Of a stretch of 64,000 nt of DNA, positions 12,502 through 22,650 are shown piece by piece. Both the position numbers and the translations under genes were made by a program. Positions within the stretch are counted from its first letter, which is position 1, and each line of letters starts with the position of its first letter. Origin of the DNA: an uncultured delta proteobacterium (GTDB lineage: Bacteria > Myxococcota > Kuafuiibacteriia > Kuafuiibacteriales > Kuafuiibacteriaceae); contig CAWDML010000009.1 in assembly GCA_963803435.1 (NCBI GenBank), forward strand, positions 1,376,001 to 1,440,000. Reading direction: 5' to 3'. The notes below the pieces were generated by a model that saw only the letters and a program-made list of their open reading frames with translations, searched no databases and was not told where the DNA came from.

Positions 12502-15426
12502 ATGGCTGTCGGACCGCCCATGAACCTCCCACGATTTGCCCCTCTACTCCTCCTCCTCGCGGTCGGCATCGCCTGCAGCGAAGCTCCGAGCGCCGTCCGA
12601 GACACGGGGGCCCCCCCCGGCGATCCCGACGCCGGCACGACGGACAACCCAGACACCGGACCGCACATCAACAGCGATCAGGACATGGACGGGATCGACG
12701 ACGACTGGGAGCGCGCGCACGGACTCGATCCGACGCGCGACGACTCGAATGAAGATCTCGACGGTGACGGTCTCACCAACGGCATCGAGTTCGTGGGCGG
12801 GACGCTGCCGAACGACATCGACAGCGACGACGACGGCCTCGCCGACGGCGTCGAGGACGCGAACCACAACGGTGTCGTCGACCCGCGCGAGACGAGCCCC
12901 ACGAACGCGGACACCGACGGGGACGGCCTCACCGACGGTCAGGAGGCCGGCGTCACAGAGCCGCTGACGAGCCCTCGTCCCGGCATTCAGGGCACGGATC
13001 CGGCGGTGTTCGTGCCCGACGCAAACCCGGCGACGCGCACCGATCCCACGAACCCCGACACCGACGGAGACGGGATCCCCGACGGCATCGAGGACGCGAA
13101 TCACGACGGCGCGTTCTCGCCGAACGAGACGAACCCGCTGGATCTCGACACGGACGATGACGGCCTGGTGGACGGCGCAGAGGATGCGAATCACGACGGC
13201 GTTGTGAACGGTGGAGAGACGGATCCGCGAGACTTTGACACCGATCACGACGGCATCTGGGACGGCATCGAGCTGGGCGTCACCACGCCCGTCGCGGACC
13301 CCGACGGCAACGGCCCGCTGCTCGGCACCAACACGGCGGTCTGGCGACCGGACGCCGATCCCACCACGAAGACCGATCCCACGAACCCCGATACGGACGG
13401 CGACGGCGTGCTCGACGGCGACGAGGACTGGAACCACAACGGCCTGTACGAGCCTCCGGGTGAGCTCAATCCGCTGGTCGCGGACAGCGACGGAGACGGC
13501 ATTCCCGACGGCGAGGAGGGGATCGCGGTGGTGTGCGCGGCGAGCGCGCTCCGCAAGGTGACGCTGCATCAGCTCGCGGGCCCAGACATCGCGGTGGCGC
13601 TGCCGGAGAGCTACTCGGAGGTCTCGGTGCTCCGCGACGCGAGCGGCCATTCCGTCGGGCTGATGTTCGCCGATGCCTCGAGCGGCGTCGTGGGCTTCGC
13701 CGTCTCGAAGACACCGACCGGCGCCGACGTGCAGGCGGAGAAGCAGGACAACCGCAACAAGCTGGCGATGGCGGTGAACCTCAGCAACGAGCAGGATCGA
13801 GCGCTCTACACCTGGGATCGGTTCAATGCGGTGTTCACCACGGCGAACGCGTCGCGCGCCAACGTCGACGGCGTGACCTTGGCGACGGACATGGCCACGC
13901 GCGTCGCCGGCGTCGGTGCGCTCTCGGGCGCGCTCCCGGCGGGGGGCACGCAGCCGGGCAACTTCGCGGTGTACTTCGAGACGATCCTGCGGACAGCGCA
14001 GCGCGCGATCGTCCTGGGCGCCCTGGCACCGGCGCCGGCCAGCGACGACCAGTTGATCGCGCTGTCCGATCTCGCCAACGGGACCGGCATCGCGCAGTTC
14101 GGCGACTTCACCGGCGTCGGTTGCGACGCCTTCACCACGCCGGAGGGCAACGACATCGTCGACCTGCTGTGGGTCGTCGACAACTCGTGCTCGATGGCGG
14201 AGGAGCAGGCGAACGTGGCGGCTGTCGGGCAGGAGATGGTGGCGCTGTTGACCAACACCCAGCTCTCCTGGCGTCTGGCGCTGACCACCACGGATCAGCT
14301 CGACGGCTCGATCACCGCCCGAGGAGTCAATGGGTTCACCGTCTCGACGCCGCGGGCCACCGCGGAGACGGAGTCGCAGGCGTGGGCGACCGCGGTCGGT
14401 GCGCTCGGGACCGGCGGCAGCGGCGAGGAGCACGGCCTCCTGGTGGGCCTGACCGCGGCGCAGGCGGCGCTCACCGGGATCGGCCCCAACGAGACGCGCA
14501 CCACCTTCCGCGAGGGCGCCAACGTCATCGTGGTCCACATGTCGGACGAGGAGGAGTTCGCCGTGAAGCAGGCGGCGGGCGGCAATGATCAGAGCTGTCC
14601 GGAGAACGCCGGCAAGCAGACCGAGATCGACTCGCTGATCGCGCAGTACCTGGCGCTGACCCAGGCGCCCGGGATCGCCGGCCTGACCACGTTCGCCATC
14701 CACGGGATCCAGCCCAACAACACCGGGGCCGACTACTGCGACTTCGCCGCGGGGTCGGGCGACTGCTTCGGCGCTGCGCAGCATGGGCGCTCCTACATCG
14801 ACGTGGCGAACGCGATGGGCGGCGGCTCGGGGTCGATCTGCGGGGACATGGGCCAGGTGGTGCAGGACATCATCCGCGCCGGCGCCGGGATCGCGTCCCA
14901 GATCGAGCTGACCCAGCCTCCGATCAGCTCGACGATCCGGGTCGTGGTGGCGGACGAGAACCAGAGCTTCGTCGGGCAGCCGGACGTGCCCCGCAACCTC
15001 CACAACGGGTTCGACTACGCGTTCGAGCTGGACGTGGCGAACAGCGTGGTCAAGCACAAGATCGTGTTCTACGGGACCGCACGGCCCCCTCCGAACCGAG
15101 AGCTCATGATCAGCTATCGGACCTGGCAGGACGGCTCGCCCCAGCCCGGCGGCCCCCTCTGCGAGTGCCCGGACGGCCAGATCTGCAACGGCGACGACAA
15201 CGAGTGCGAGGTGGATCCGGAGTGCGGCGGCGGCTGCCCCGAGGACATGGTGTGCAACCCGAACGTCGGCATGTGCCAGCCACCGGATCCCTGCATGAAC
15301 ATGTGCGGGCCGGGGATGCAGTGCCTCGACGGGATATGTGTGGAGACCGACCCATGCGACGGCCTGTGCGCTCCCGGGCAGATCTGCGACCCCAGCACGG
15401 ATCCACCGCGCTGCATCGACCTCTGA
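12502..15426 (+). CDS. cglD: CglD-like lipoprotein: thrombospondin type-3 (DxDxDG) repeats, vWA domain, Cys-rich C-terminus
   Basis: Lipobox VGIAC; many DTDGDG repeats; vWA MIDAS DLLWVVDNSCSM and MSDEE; Cys-rich EGF-like tail; architecture matches the myxobacterial gliding lipoprotein CglD. Confidence 0.6.
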   Translation: MAVGPPMNLPRFAPLLLLLAVGIACSEAPSAVRDTGAPPGDPDAGTTDNPDTGPHINSDQDMDGIDDDWERAHGLDPTRDDSNEDLDGDGLTNGIEFVGGTLPNDIDSDDDGLADGVEDANHNGVVDPRETSPTNADTDGDGLTDGQEAGVTEPLTSPRPGIQGTDPAVFVPDANPATRTDPTNPDTDGDGIPDGIEDANHDGAFSPNETNPLDLDTDDDGLVDGAEDANHDGVVNGGETDPRDFDTDHDGIWDGIELGVTTPVADPDGNGPLLGTNTAVWRPDADPTTKTDPTNPDTDGDGVLDGDEDWNHNGLYEPPGELNPLVADSDGDGIPDGEEGIAVVCAASALRKVTLHQLAGPDIAVALPESYSEVSVLRDASGHSVGLMFADASSGVVGFAVSKTPTGADVQAEKQDNRNKLAMAVNLSNEQDRALYTWDRFNAVFTTANASRANVDGVTLATDMATRVAGVGALSGALPAGGTQPGNFAVYFETILRTAQRAIVLGALAPAPASDDQLIALSDLANGTGIAQFGDFTGVGCDAFTTPEGNDIVDLLWVVDNSCSMAEEQANVAAVGQEMVALLTNTQLSWRLALTTTDQLDGSITARGVNGFTVSTPRATAETESQAWATAVGALGTGGSGEEHGLLVGLTAAQAALTGIGPNETRTTFREGANVIVVHMSDEEEFAVKQAAGGNDQSCPENAGKQTEIDSLIAQYLALTQAPGIAGLTTFAIHGIQPNNTGADYCDFAAGSGDCFGAAQHGRSYIDVANAMGGGSGSICGDMGQVVQDIIRAGAGIASQIELTQPPISSTIRVVVADENQSFVGQPDVPRNLHNGFDYAFELDVANSVVKHKIVFYGTARPPPNRELMISYRTWQDGSPQPGGPLCECPDGQICNGDDNECEVDPECGGGCPEDMVCNPNVGMCQPPDPCMNMCGPGMQCLDGICVETDPCDGLCAPGQICDPSTDPPRCIDL

Positions 15427-15511
15427 CCGCGCACCGCGTTCGTACGCTTTACTCCACCGCGTCTGCCCCCTAGACTCGCGCAGAGTCACCGGTTTTTGGG
15501 TCTAGAGGGGC

Positions 15512-18340
15512 GTGTCGAAGTATCCCATCCCCTTCGGTCGTCATCTCCTCCTGGAGCGGATCAACGTCGGGGGGATGGCCGAGGTGTTCAAGGCGAAGTC
15601 GTTCGGTGTCGCCGGATTCGAGCGCATCGTCGCCGTCAAGCGCATCCTTCCGACGCTCGCCGAAGACGAAGAGTTCATCACCATGTTCATCGACGAGGCG
15701 CGCATCGCTGCGCACCTCACCCACCAGAACATCGTGCAGATCTACGAGCTGGGGGCCTGCGACAACAACTACTTCATCTCGATGGAGTACGTGGCCGGGC
15801 GCGACCTCCGCCAGATCCTCGACCTGCAGAAAAAGCTGAAGCGGCCCATGGAGACCGCCAAGGCTTGTTTCGTCATCTCGCAGGTCTGCGAGGCGCTCGA
15901 ATATGCGCACAAGAAGAAGGACCCCGCGGGCAAGGACCTGAAGATCATCCACCGGGACGTCACGCCGCAGAACGTGATCATTTCCTACGAAGGTGAGGTG
16001 AAGCTCTGCGATTTCGGGATCGCCAAGGCCGCGAGCCGCGCCTCGCGAACACAGGTGGGCGTGCTCAAGGGCAAGTTCGCCTACATGTCGCCGGAGCAGG
16101 TGCGGGGGCAGCCGACAGATCGGCGCAGCGATCTCTTCGCGCTCGGGGTGATCTTTTTCGAGATGCTGACCGGCGAGCGCCTGTTCCTCGGCGAGAGTGA
16201 TTACTCGACGTTGGAGGCGGTTCGCAACGCGAGGGTCCCGCAGCCCCGAAAGTTCAACCCCAACCTCTCGAAGGAGCTCGAGGCGGTGGTGCTCAAGCTC
16301 CTCGCGCGCGATCCCAAGGACCGCTACCAGTGGGCGTCCGAGGTCCACGAGGATCTGCAGGATCACCTGATCCACGAAGGCCGCGTCTTCCATGCGCGCC
16401 ACCTCCGGGTCTCGATGCAGGAGACCTACGCCCGCGACATCGAGGTCGAGAACGCCAAGCTCGAGGACTTCATGAGGCTCGGCCTCCCCGATCGGCCCGC
16501 GGACGAGGAGGAGGACGAGGAGGAGCAGTCGCTCTTGGGCCTGGAGGAGGACAAGAGCGGCGTCCTGCCCCAGGACCCGGCCAACTACAGCCGGACCTAC
16601 GCGCCGATCGACGAGTCGGCGGCGGCGGACGACACCGACAACATCGAGCTGCCGGTGCCCCGCGGCAAGGACAGCATTCCCACGCGGCCGATCGACTACG
16701 AGTCGGCCGAGACCCGGCGCGCGCTCGAGGGTGGGCCCGTCCCGTCGGTGGCGTCCGCGAGCCCCGTCTCGAACCTGTTCGGCCCGCCCGAGCTCTCCGA
16801 CGAGCCCAAGTCCGATCCGGCGGCGCTCCACCCGCAGCCGGTCGTGATCGTACCGCCCGACGAGACGAGCCTCGACACTGCGGCGCGCGACGACTTCGCC
16901 GAGGAGACGCCGATGGAGGCGGCGGAGCGCACGCTCTTCGACATGAAGCCGATGAGCGAGCTCGGCGAGACCGAGAACGAGACGCTCTTCGACGATCGAG
17001 ACGACACCGTGGGCGGTGACTCGAACCCGGACCTCGCCGACGAGATCGAGGAGGCGCAGGCCGCGCTGATGGCGCGACTCGATCGGGTCGCGCAGCTTGG
17101 GAGCGACGAGGAGAACGATACGATCGACGCGACCGGGACTTCGGAGGAGGTCTTCGCTCCGAGCGTGTCGGATCCGTCCGAGCCGAGCTCGCTGCCTGGT
17201 CTGACCGACGACAACATGGACGACGAGACCTCCATCTCGTCGATGGTGCTCGAGGGCGACGAAGAGGCCTTCGCTCCCACGATGGTGAACGCCGACAGCG
17301 GCGGCTTCGACGTCGATGAAGGTACGGTGGAGGAATCGCCGGTCGAGATGGTGGGACGGGGCCGAGCGCGCCCGACGTCACCCATCCACGAGGAGTCGGA
17401 GACCGCCGCGCCGGTGCAAGCCTCGAAGAAGCCGCGCCGCATCCGCGAGGTGGCCGACGGCTCGCCGCCCAAGCTGCAGCCCCAGCCGTACCCCTACGCG
17501 GCCCGCACGATGGAGCCGTCCGCCTCGGCCGCGGCGATGCAGCCGGTGGTGGTGGCCGAGCCCAGCGGCCTGGCCAGGGCAGCCCGCGATCCGGTAGTGC
17601 TGATGCTGATCGCGGCGGCGGTCGGCTTGCTCTCGGTGAGCGTCCTCGCCTTCACGCTGCTCCAGAGCGGCAACGACGACACGACCGCCTCGCTCCAGAT
17701 CCTGACCGAGCCGACGCGAACCGTGGAGGTGCGGCTCGACGGCAAGCTGGTCGGCAACGAGACTCCGGTCGACATTCCGGGGATCGAGCTCGGCGTGCAC
17801 ATAGTCGAGCTCTCCGCGCCCGGGTTTCGAACCTATACGCAGAGAATCCAGATCACGCAGGCGAAGCCGCACACGATGGTGGTGCCGCTCGAGGCCTTCG
17901 TCCGGCAGGAGGGGTCGAAGACGCGCTCGCCGGACGATCCTCGGCCCGAGGTCACGGCCGTGAGGGATCCGAGTCCCACCGCCGATCCGCCGCCGCCTTC
18001 GCCCCCGCCCCCGCCGCCGCCGGAGCGCGCCGGTCCGTCCTCGCCACCCCCGCCGCCGCGCGAGCCTCCACCACCGTCCCGCCACCATACGGCGCCGCGC
18101 GACCACACGGCGCCGCCCAAGCCGTCGGAGGGGTTCCTGATGGTATCGACCCGGCCGCCCGGCCTCTCGGTCAGCATCGACGGCAAGTCGACGGGCATGC
18201 GGACGCCGATCCGTCACCCGCATCCGCTCTCGCCCGGGAAGCACAGCATCACCTTCCTGATGGACGACGGACGCAAGTACGACTTCGACGTGAAGATCGC
18301 GGCGGGCCAGACGACCAAGATGGTCAAAGCGTTGAGGTGA
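15512..18340 (+). CDS. Membrane Ser/Thr protein kinase with acidic linker, TM helix and two PEGA domains
   Basis: GGMAEVF, VAVKRI, IHRDVTPQN, DFGIAK, YMSPE; TM LMLIAAAVGLLSVSVLAFTL; PEGA motifs. Confidence 0.92.
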   Translation: MSKYPIPFGRHLLLERINVGGMAEVFKAKSFGVAGFERIVAVKRILPTLAEDEEFITMFIDEARIAAHLTHQNIVQIYELGACDNNYFISMEYVAGRDLRQILDLQKKLKRPMETAKACFVISQVCEALEYAHKKKDPAGKDLKIIHRDVTPQNVIISYEGEVKLCDFGIAKAASRASRTQVGVLKGKFAYMSPEQVRGQPTDRRSDLFALGVIFFEMLTGERLFLGESDYSTLEAVRNARVPQPRKFNPNLSKELEAVVLKLLARDPKDRYQWASEVHEDLQDHLIHEGRVFHARHLRVSMQETYARDIEVENAKLEDFMRLGLPDRPADEEEDEEEQSLLGLEEDKSGVLPQDPANYSRTYAPIDESAAADDTDNIELPVPRGKDSIPTRPIDYESAETRRALEGGPVPSVASASPVSNLFGPPELSDEPKSDPAALHPQPVVIVPPDETSLDTAARDDFAEETPMEAAERTLFDMKPMSELGETENETLFDDRDDTVGGDSNPDLADEIEEAQAALMARLDRVAQLGSDEENDTIDATGTSEEVFAPSVSDPSEPSSLPGLTDDNMDDETSISSMVLEGDEEAFAPTMVNADSGGFDVDEGTVEESPVEMVGRGRARPTSPIHEESETAAPVQASKKPRRIREVADGSPPKLQPQPYPYAARTMEPSASAAAMQPVVVAEPSGLARAARDPVVLMLIAAAVGLLSVSVLAFTLLQSGNDDTTASLQILTEPTRTVEVRLDGKLVGNETPVDIPGIELGVHIVELSAPGFRTYTQRIQITQAKPHTMVVPLEAFVRQEGSKTRSPDDPRPEVTAVRDPSPTADPPPPSPPPPPPPERAGPSSPPPPPREPPPPSRHHTAPRDHTAPPKPSEGFLMVSTRPPGLSVSIDGKSTGMRTPIRHPHPLSPGKHSITFLMDDGRKYDFDVKIAAGQTTKMVKALR

Positions 18341-18344
18341 AGAG

Positions 18345-18536
18345 ATGGGCACCAAGAAGCCGGCACGCAAGAAGGGATGGGACGAGTTCGAGTGTCCCGA
18401 GTGCACCGCGCACAATCCTTGGGACGATGGCTTCGAGGTGGGCGACGAGCTGTTCTGCAGCTGGTGCGGAGCCGTCCTCCACGTGAAGCGATGGCCCGAC
18501 GATCCCGACCGCTTCAAGATCGTGGTCGATCGATGA
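18345..18536 (+). CDS. Small zinc-ribbon protein (63 aa)
   Basis: CPEC..CSWC; starts 4 nt after the kinase stop. Confidence 0.75.
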   Translation: MGTKKPARKKGWDEFECPECTAHNPWDDGFEVGDELFCSWCGAVLHVKRWPDDPDRFKIVVDR

Positions 18537-18539
18537 CCG

Positions 18540-20317
18540 TCACTGCTTGCCGCCCCTGAGGCGGCGGATCCGTTGCATCGCCTCGATGCGGGCGTCGTCT
18601 GCGAGATTGCCGGCGGGGGAGGTGTCCACGTCCTGGATCCGGGTCTGCTCCTCGAGGCCGAAGCACACGATCGTCGTGTCGTCGAACTGTGGGGCGTCGC
18701 CGACGTGATGCTGGCAGTCCTGGACGGCGCGATCGACGAGGGTGGCGGCGTTGGAGGTCTGCTTCGCGATCGCGGCCGTGAGCCGCTCCATGCCGAACAT
18801 CTCTCGTGAGGGGCTCATGGCCTCGACCAGCCCGTCGGTGAAGAGCATGACGCTGTCCCCCGGCGACAGATCGAAGGTCTCGGTGGCGTACTCGGGCTCG
18901 GGGAGCACGCCCAGCGGTAGGCCGGAGGTCCGATCGAGCACGATGACGTCGTCCTCGTCGCGGCGACGGACAATCGGGGGCATGTGCCCGGCGTTGGCGA
19001 GCTGGATCTGCTTCCTGCCCGCGTCGAGAACGACGTAGATCAGCGTGACGAAGATGTCGTCCTGACCGCTCTCGCTGACCGCCTTGTTCATCCAGCGGAG
19101 CACGCTCGCGGATCGGCCTCGGCGAGCGCGAAGTAGCGGAGGTCGCGGGTGAGCCGCGCCATGTAGAGCGCCGCGCTGACGCCCTTGCCGCTGACGTCGC
19201 CGACGACGATGCCGATGCGCTCGTCGGGGAGCCGGACGAAGTCGTAGAAGTCGCCGCCGACCTCGTAGGCCGGATCGTAGCGCGCGGCGAACGTGTAGCC
19301 CTCGACCTTGGGGATGCGCCGGGGGAGAAAGCTCTGCTGGATCCGCTCGGCGAGGCGGAGGTCCTGCTCGAGGCGCTGCCGCTTGAGGAGCTCCTGGTGG
19401 AGCCTCGCATTGCCGAGCGCCACCGCGGACTGCGCGCAGATGCCGGTGAGCAGCTCGAGATCGGCCTGGCTGAACGCCGCGATCCCCTTGCTGTCGAGGT
19501 ACACGATCCCGAGGGTGTCGCCGCGCCAGACCAGCGGGGCCGCCATCATCGCGCGGATACCGAAGTTCGCGACCGAGCGACCGCTCTTGAAGCGGCTGTC
19601 CTCCATGGCGTCGTGGGAGAGGACGGCGCGCCGGCGCGTCATGACTTCGTGGAGGATGGTGCGGGAGACGGTGAGCTCGGCGTTGTCCGATTCGACCCTC
19701 CGCTTGACGGCCTTGGGGATCAGCTTCTCGCCGCCCTCGTCGACCAGCATGATGAACGCGCGCTCCGATCGCGGGAAGACCTCGAAGATGCGGTTGAGGA
19801 TCTCCTGGAGGAGCTCGTCCATGTCGAAGATCGAGCCGATGGCCTCGGACACCGCGTAGATCGTCTTCAGCCGCTCGTGGATCCGGACCAGCTCGGCGGG
19901 GTTGGCGACGGTGGAGGCCTGGGGAAAGATCGGCTGATTGGCGTCGACCGTCTTCACGATGTGCGGCTTGGCCTCGATCGTTCCAACCATCGTGACCGGC
20001 TCGAGCTGCTGCTCCAGCTCGTCGAACTGGAACTTGGCGCTGCAGACACGGATCACGTCGCGGTCGCTCAGGACGGCGCGGGTGACCGCCTGATCGTTGA
20101 CGTAGGTGCCGTTGCCGGAGCCGAGGTCCTCCACCAGGTAGCGCCCGTCGGCGCGCGTGATGCGGGCGTGCCGGCGGGACACGGTGAGATCGCGAATGTG
20201 GACCTGGCAATCGAGGGCGCGGCCCAGGACGCAGATCTCCTTGAGCTCGTAGACGGCCCCCGCGTTCGGACCCTCGATTTCGCGGAGGCGCCCGACGATC
20301 TGGGTATGCGCGGCTAT
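18540..20317 (-). CDS. FHA-GAF-PP2C (SpoIIE/RsbU-type) phosphatase; one missing base near 19110; probable ATA start
   Basis: FHA LGR..VSRRHA..DLGSGNGTYVN; GAF; PP2C VGGDFYD, GDVSGKG, NAGH, FTDGLVE, DDTT. Confidence 0.88.
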
Positions 20318-20655
20318 GAGTTGAACCTCTCCACGGCGGTGTCGATGGTCTCGAAGATCTCGAACGCCCGATCGAGGCGCAGGAGCTTGAAGATCTCGCT
20401 GGGCTGGCCCTTCAGACGCGCGATCTTCACGTCGCCCTGAAGTGTGCGCACCCGCTTGAACAGCGACACGATGGCGCCCACGCCCGAGCTGTCGATCAGC
20501 TCGAGGTCCGCGAGATCGAAGACCACGTTGATCTTCCGCGCGGCCAGGAGAGACTCGATCTCCTTCTTCAGTGAGGGCGCCGTCAGTGCGTCCAGGTTGC
20601 CCTTCAAGGAGAAGATGGTGACGTCACCTCGCTCCTGCTTCTCGTAGTCCAGCAT
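20314..20655 (-). CDS. STAS-domain anti-sigma factor antagonist (RsbV/SpoIIAA-like)
   Basis: GNLDALTAP, FDLADLELIDSSGVGAI with the phosphoacceptor Ser. Confidence 0.9.
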   Translation of the reverse strand: MLDYEKQERGDVTIFSLKGNLDALTAPSLKKEIESLLAARKINVVFDLADLELIDSSGVGAIVSLFKRVRTLQGDVKIARLKGQPSEIFKLLRLDRAFEIFETIDTAVERFNS

Positions 20656-20656
20656 C

Positions 20657-21148
20657 TCAGTCTTCCTCGTCGGCTCCATCCCGCAAGCCGGGCTGGAGGC
20701 GCTTTTCCATGGTGAGGATGTTGGTGTCACCCACACGCTCGTAGTGTACGCGGTCCATGAAGTTCCGGATGATGAACAGCCCGAGCCCACCCTCGGGCAG
20801 CGCATCCAGATCGGGCTCCGGCACTCGATCGGGGACGAACGAACGACCGTGATCGGAGATCTTCACCCGGAGGAGGTCGGGGTGGACCTCCATCTCGACC
20901 TCGACCGCGCCTCGAGCCAGATCCTTGTAGGCGTGGATGACCGCGTTGTTGAAGGCCTCCACGAAGGAGGAGATCACGCGGTGTCCCACGTCGGCGGGCA
21001 GCTTGTCCTGCTTGGTGAGCTGGTCGCACACGTAGGCGAGAAAGGCCCGGGCCGCGTCTCGGTACTCGAGCCGGCCGGGCAGAACGAACCGGAAGAGCTC
21101 CGGATCCTCGACCCCGAGGAGGGCATCGGTCAGGGATGAAGCCGCCAC
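20657..21148 (-). CDS. Anti-sigma factor / Ser kinase (RsbW-like HATPase)
   Basis: EAFNNAVIHAY, ISDHG, EGGLGLFIIRNFMDRV. Confidence 0.9.
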   Translation of the reverse strand: MAASSLTDALLGVEDPELFRFVLPGRLEYRDAARAFLAYVCDQLTKQDKLPADVGHRVISSFVEAFNNAVIHAYKDLARGAVEVEMEVHPDLLRVKISDHGRSFVPDRVPEPDLDALPEGGLGLFIIRNFMDRVHYERVGDTNILTMEKRLQPGLRDGADEED

Positions 21149-21264
21149 GTTTGGCCCACGCCTTAGCGTCGAGCTTACCCGAGCGCAAGGCTCCCCGAAA
21201 AGCGGCGTGCATTGACGTGACCGCTGCGTGAGGCTACCGAGAAAGACACGGGGCGGCGCAGCCG

Positions 21265-22012
21265 GTGGATTGGAAGACGCGTATCCTGAAGCGCGCGATC
21301 GACGTGGCGGGCGCGAGTGTAGGCCTCGCGCTGACCGCGCCGTTGTTTCCCCTCGTGGCGGCGGCGGTGAAGCTCACCAGCAAGGGGCCGATCCTCTATC
21401 ACCAGATCCGGTGTGGCGCGGAGCGACGCTCGGACATCGCGCCCAGCCGGCCGCCGCACCTCGAGCGCCGGCGCGCGCGCGGCTATCACACGTTCCGGAT
21501 CTACAAGTTCCGCACGATGCACGTGGACGCCGAGAGAGACCGGCGCGGTGCTGGCACAGAAGAACGATCCGCGCCTGACCGCGATCGGGGGCCTGCTCCG
21601 GCGCACCCGGCTCGACGAGCTGCCGCAGCTTTGGCTGGTCCTGAAGGGTGACATGAGCCTGGTCGGCCCGCGCCCCGAGCGCCCGGAGCTGCTCCAGGAG
21701 ATCGAAGAGAGCGTCCCCTTCTTCTCGGAGCGGATGCGGCTGATCAAGCCGGGCATCACCGGGCTGGCGCAGATCAAGCTCAACTACGACGGATCGTTCC
21801 GATCGACCGGCAGCGAGTCGGACGCGCTCAAGGGCTTCATGACGCTGGAGCTGCCCAGCCTGTCGCACTACGACAGCCGGCTGTTCGCCAACAAGCTGCT
21901 CTACGATCTGTCCTATAGCGCCGCGCTCGAGAACCCGCTCGAGTGGTTCAAGCTGGATCTGGAGATCATCTTCAAGACGCCGGCGGTCATGCTCCTGGGC
22001 ATGGGGCGTTAG
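21265..22012 (+). CDS. Bacterial sugar transferase (monotopic phosphoglycosyl transferase); frameshift near 21536
   Basis: KRAIDV, KFRTM, DPRLT..LRRTRLDELPQL, MSLVGPRPE, KPGITGLAQ. Confidence 0.88.
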
Positions 22013-22575
22013 CGGCCGACCTTCACCGGAAGCTTGAACTTGAGCTGACCCTCCGAGCCCTCCCACTCGAAGCGGGCCCTCTCCGCGGCGGCGCGGACAC
22101 ACTCGGGGATCTCGGTGCCGCGGACGTCGCCGGTCGCCTGCGTGATGGTGGCCTCGCTGATGAAGCCGCCGGCCGCGGTGGCGCTGGCGGTCAGGTCCAG
22201 GAGCACGACGCCGCTGATGCTGGTCTCGTCCGTAAAGCAGGAGACGATCGACTCCTTGACCGCGCCCATCGCGAGGGGGAGGGCGGAGGCGGGGAGGCCC
22301 GGTCGATCGGGCTCGGTGGGAAAAATCTCGGAGCCGGGATCGTCGTCGTCGTCGGTGTTGCTGGGTGGGACCACTCCGAGCTCGCCGCAGTCGACCGGAG
22401 GCGGACACGCGGGACACTGCGGGCAGGGCGCGCAGGCCGGCGGGCGGGGCTTGGCGGGATCGACGTCGACAGAGCCTCCGCCGTAGAGCGAGCTCATCGC
22501 GAACGCACCGCCCCCGATCCCGATCAGGAAGGTGAGACCCGACACGAAGAACAGCCGCGCAGCCTCAGGCGACAT
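22009..22575 (-). CDS. Membrane-anchored protein with AgmX/PglI/TonB-C-like C-terminal domain
   Basis: N-terminal TM, Pro/Cys linker, I..CF..CV..A..RF..F.LP pattern. Confidence 0.55.
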   Translation of the reverse strand: MSPEAARLFFVSGLTFLIGIGGGAFAMSSLYGGGSVDVDPAKPRPPACAPCPQCPACPPPVDCGELGVVPPSNTDDDDDPGSEIFPTEPDRPGLPASALPLAMGAVKESIVSCFTDETSISGVVLLDLTASATAAGGFISEATITQATGDVRGTEIPECVRAAAERARFEWEGSEGQLKFKLPVKVGR

Positions 22576-22650
22576 CGTGGGAACATAACAGGAGAGGGCG
22601 GCCTCGGGCTGCCCTTCCTCGTGCTAAGTTTCCCCGGACTTCGAGCACCG

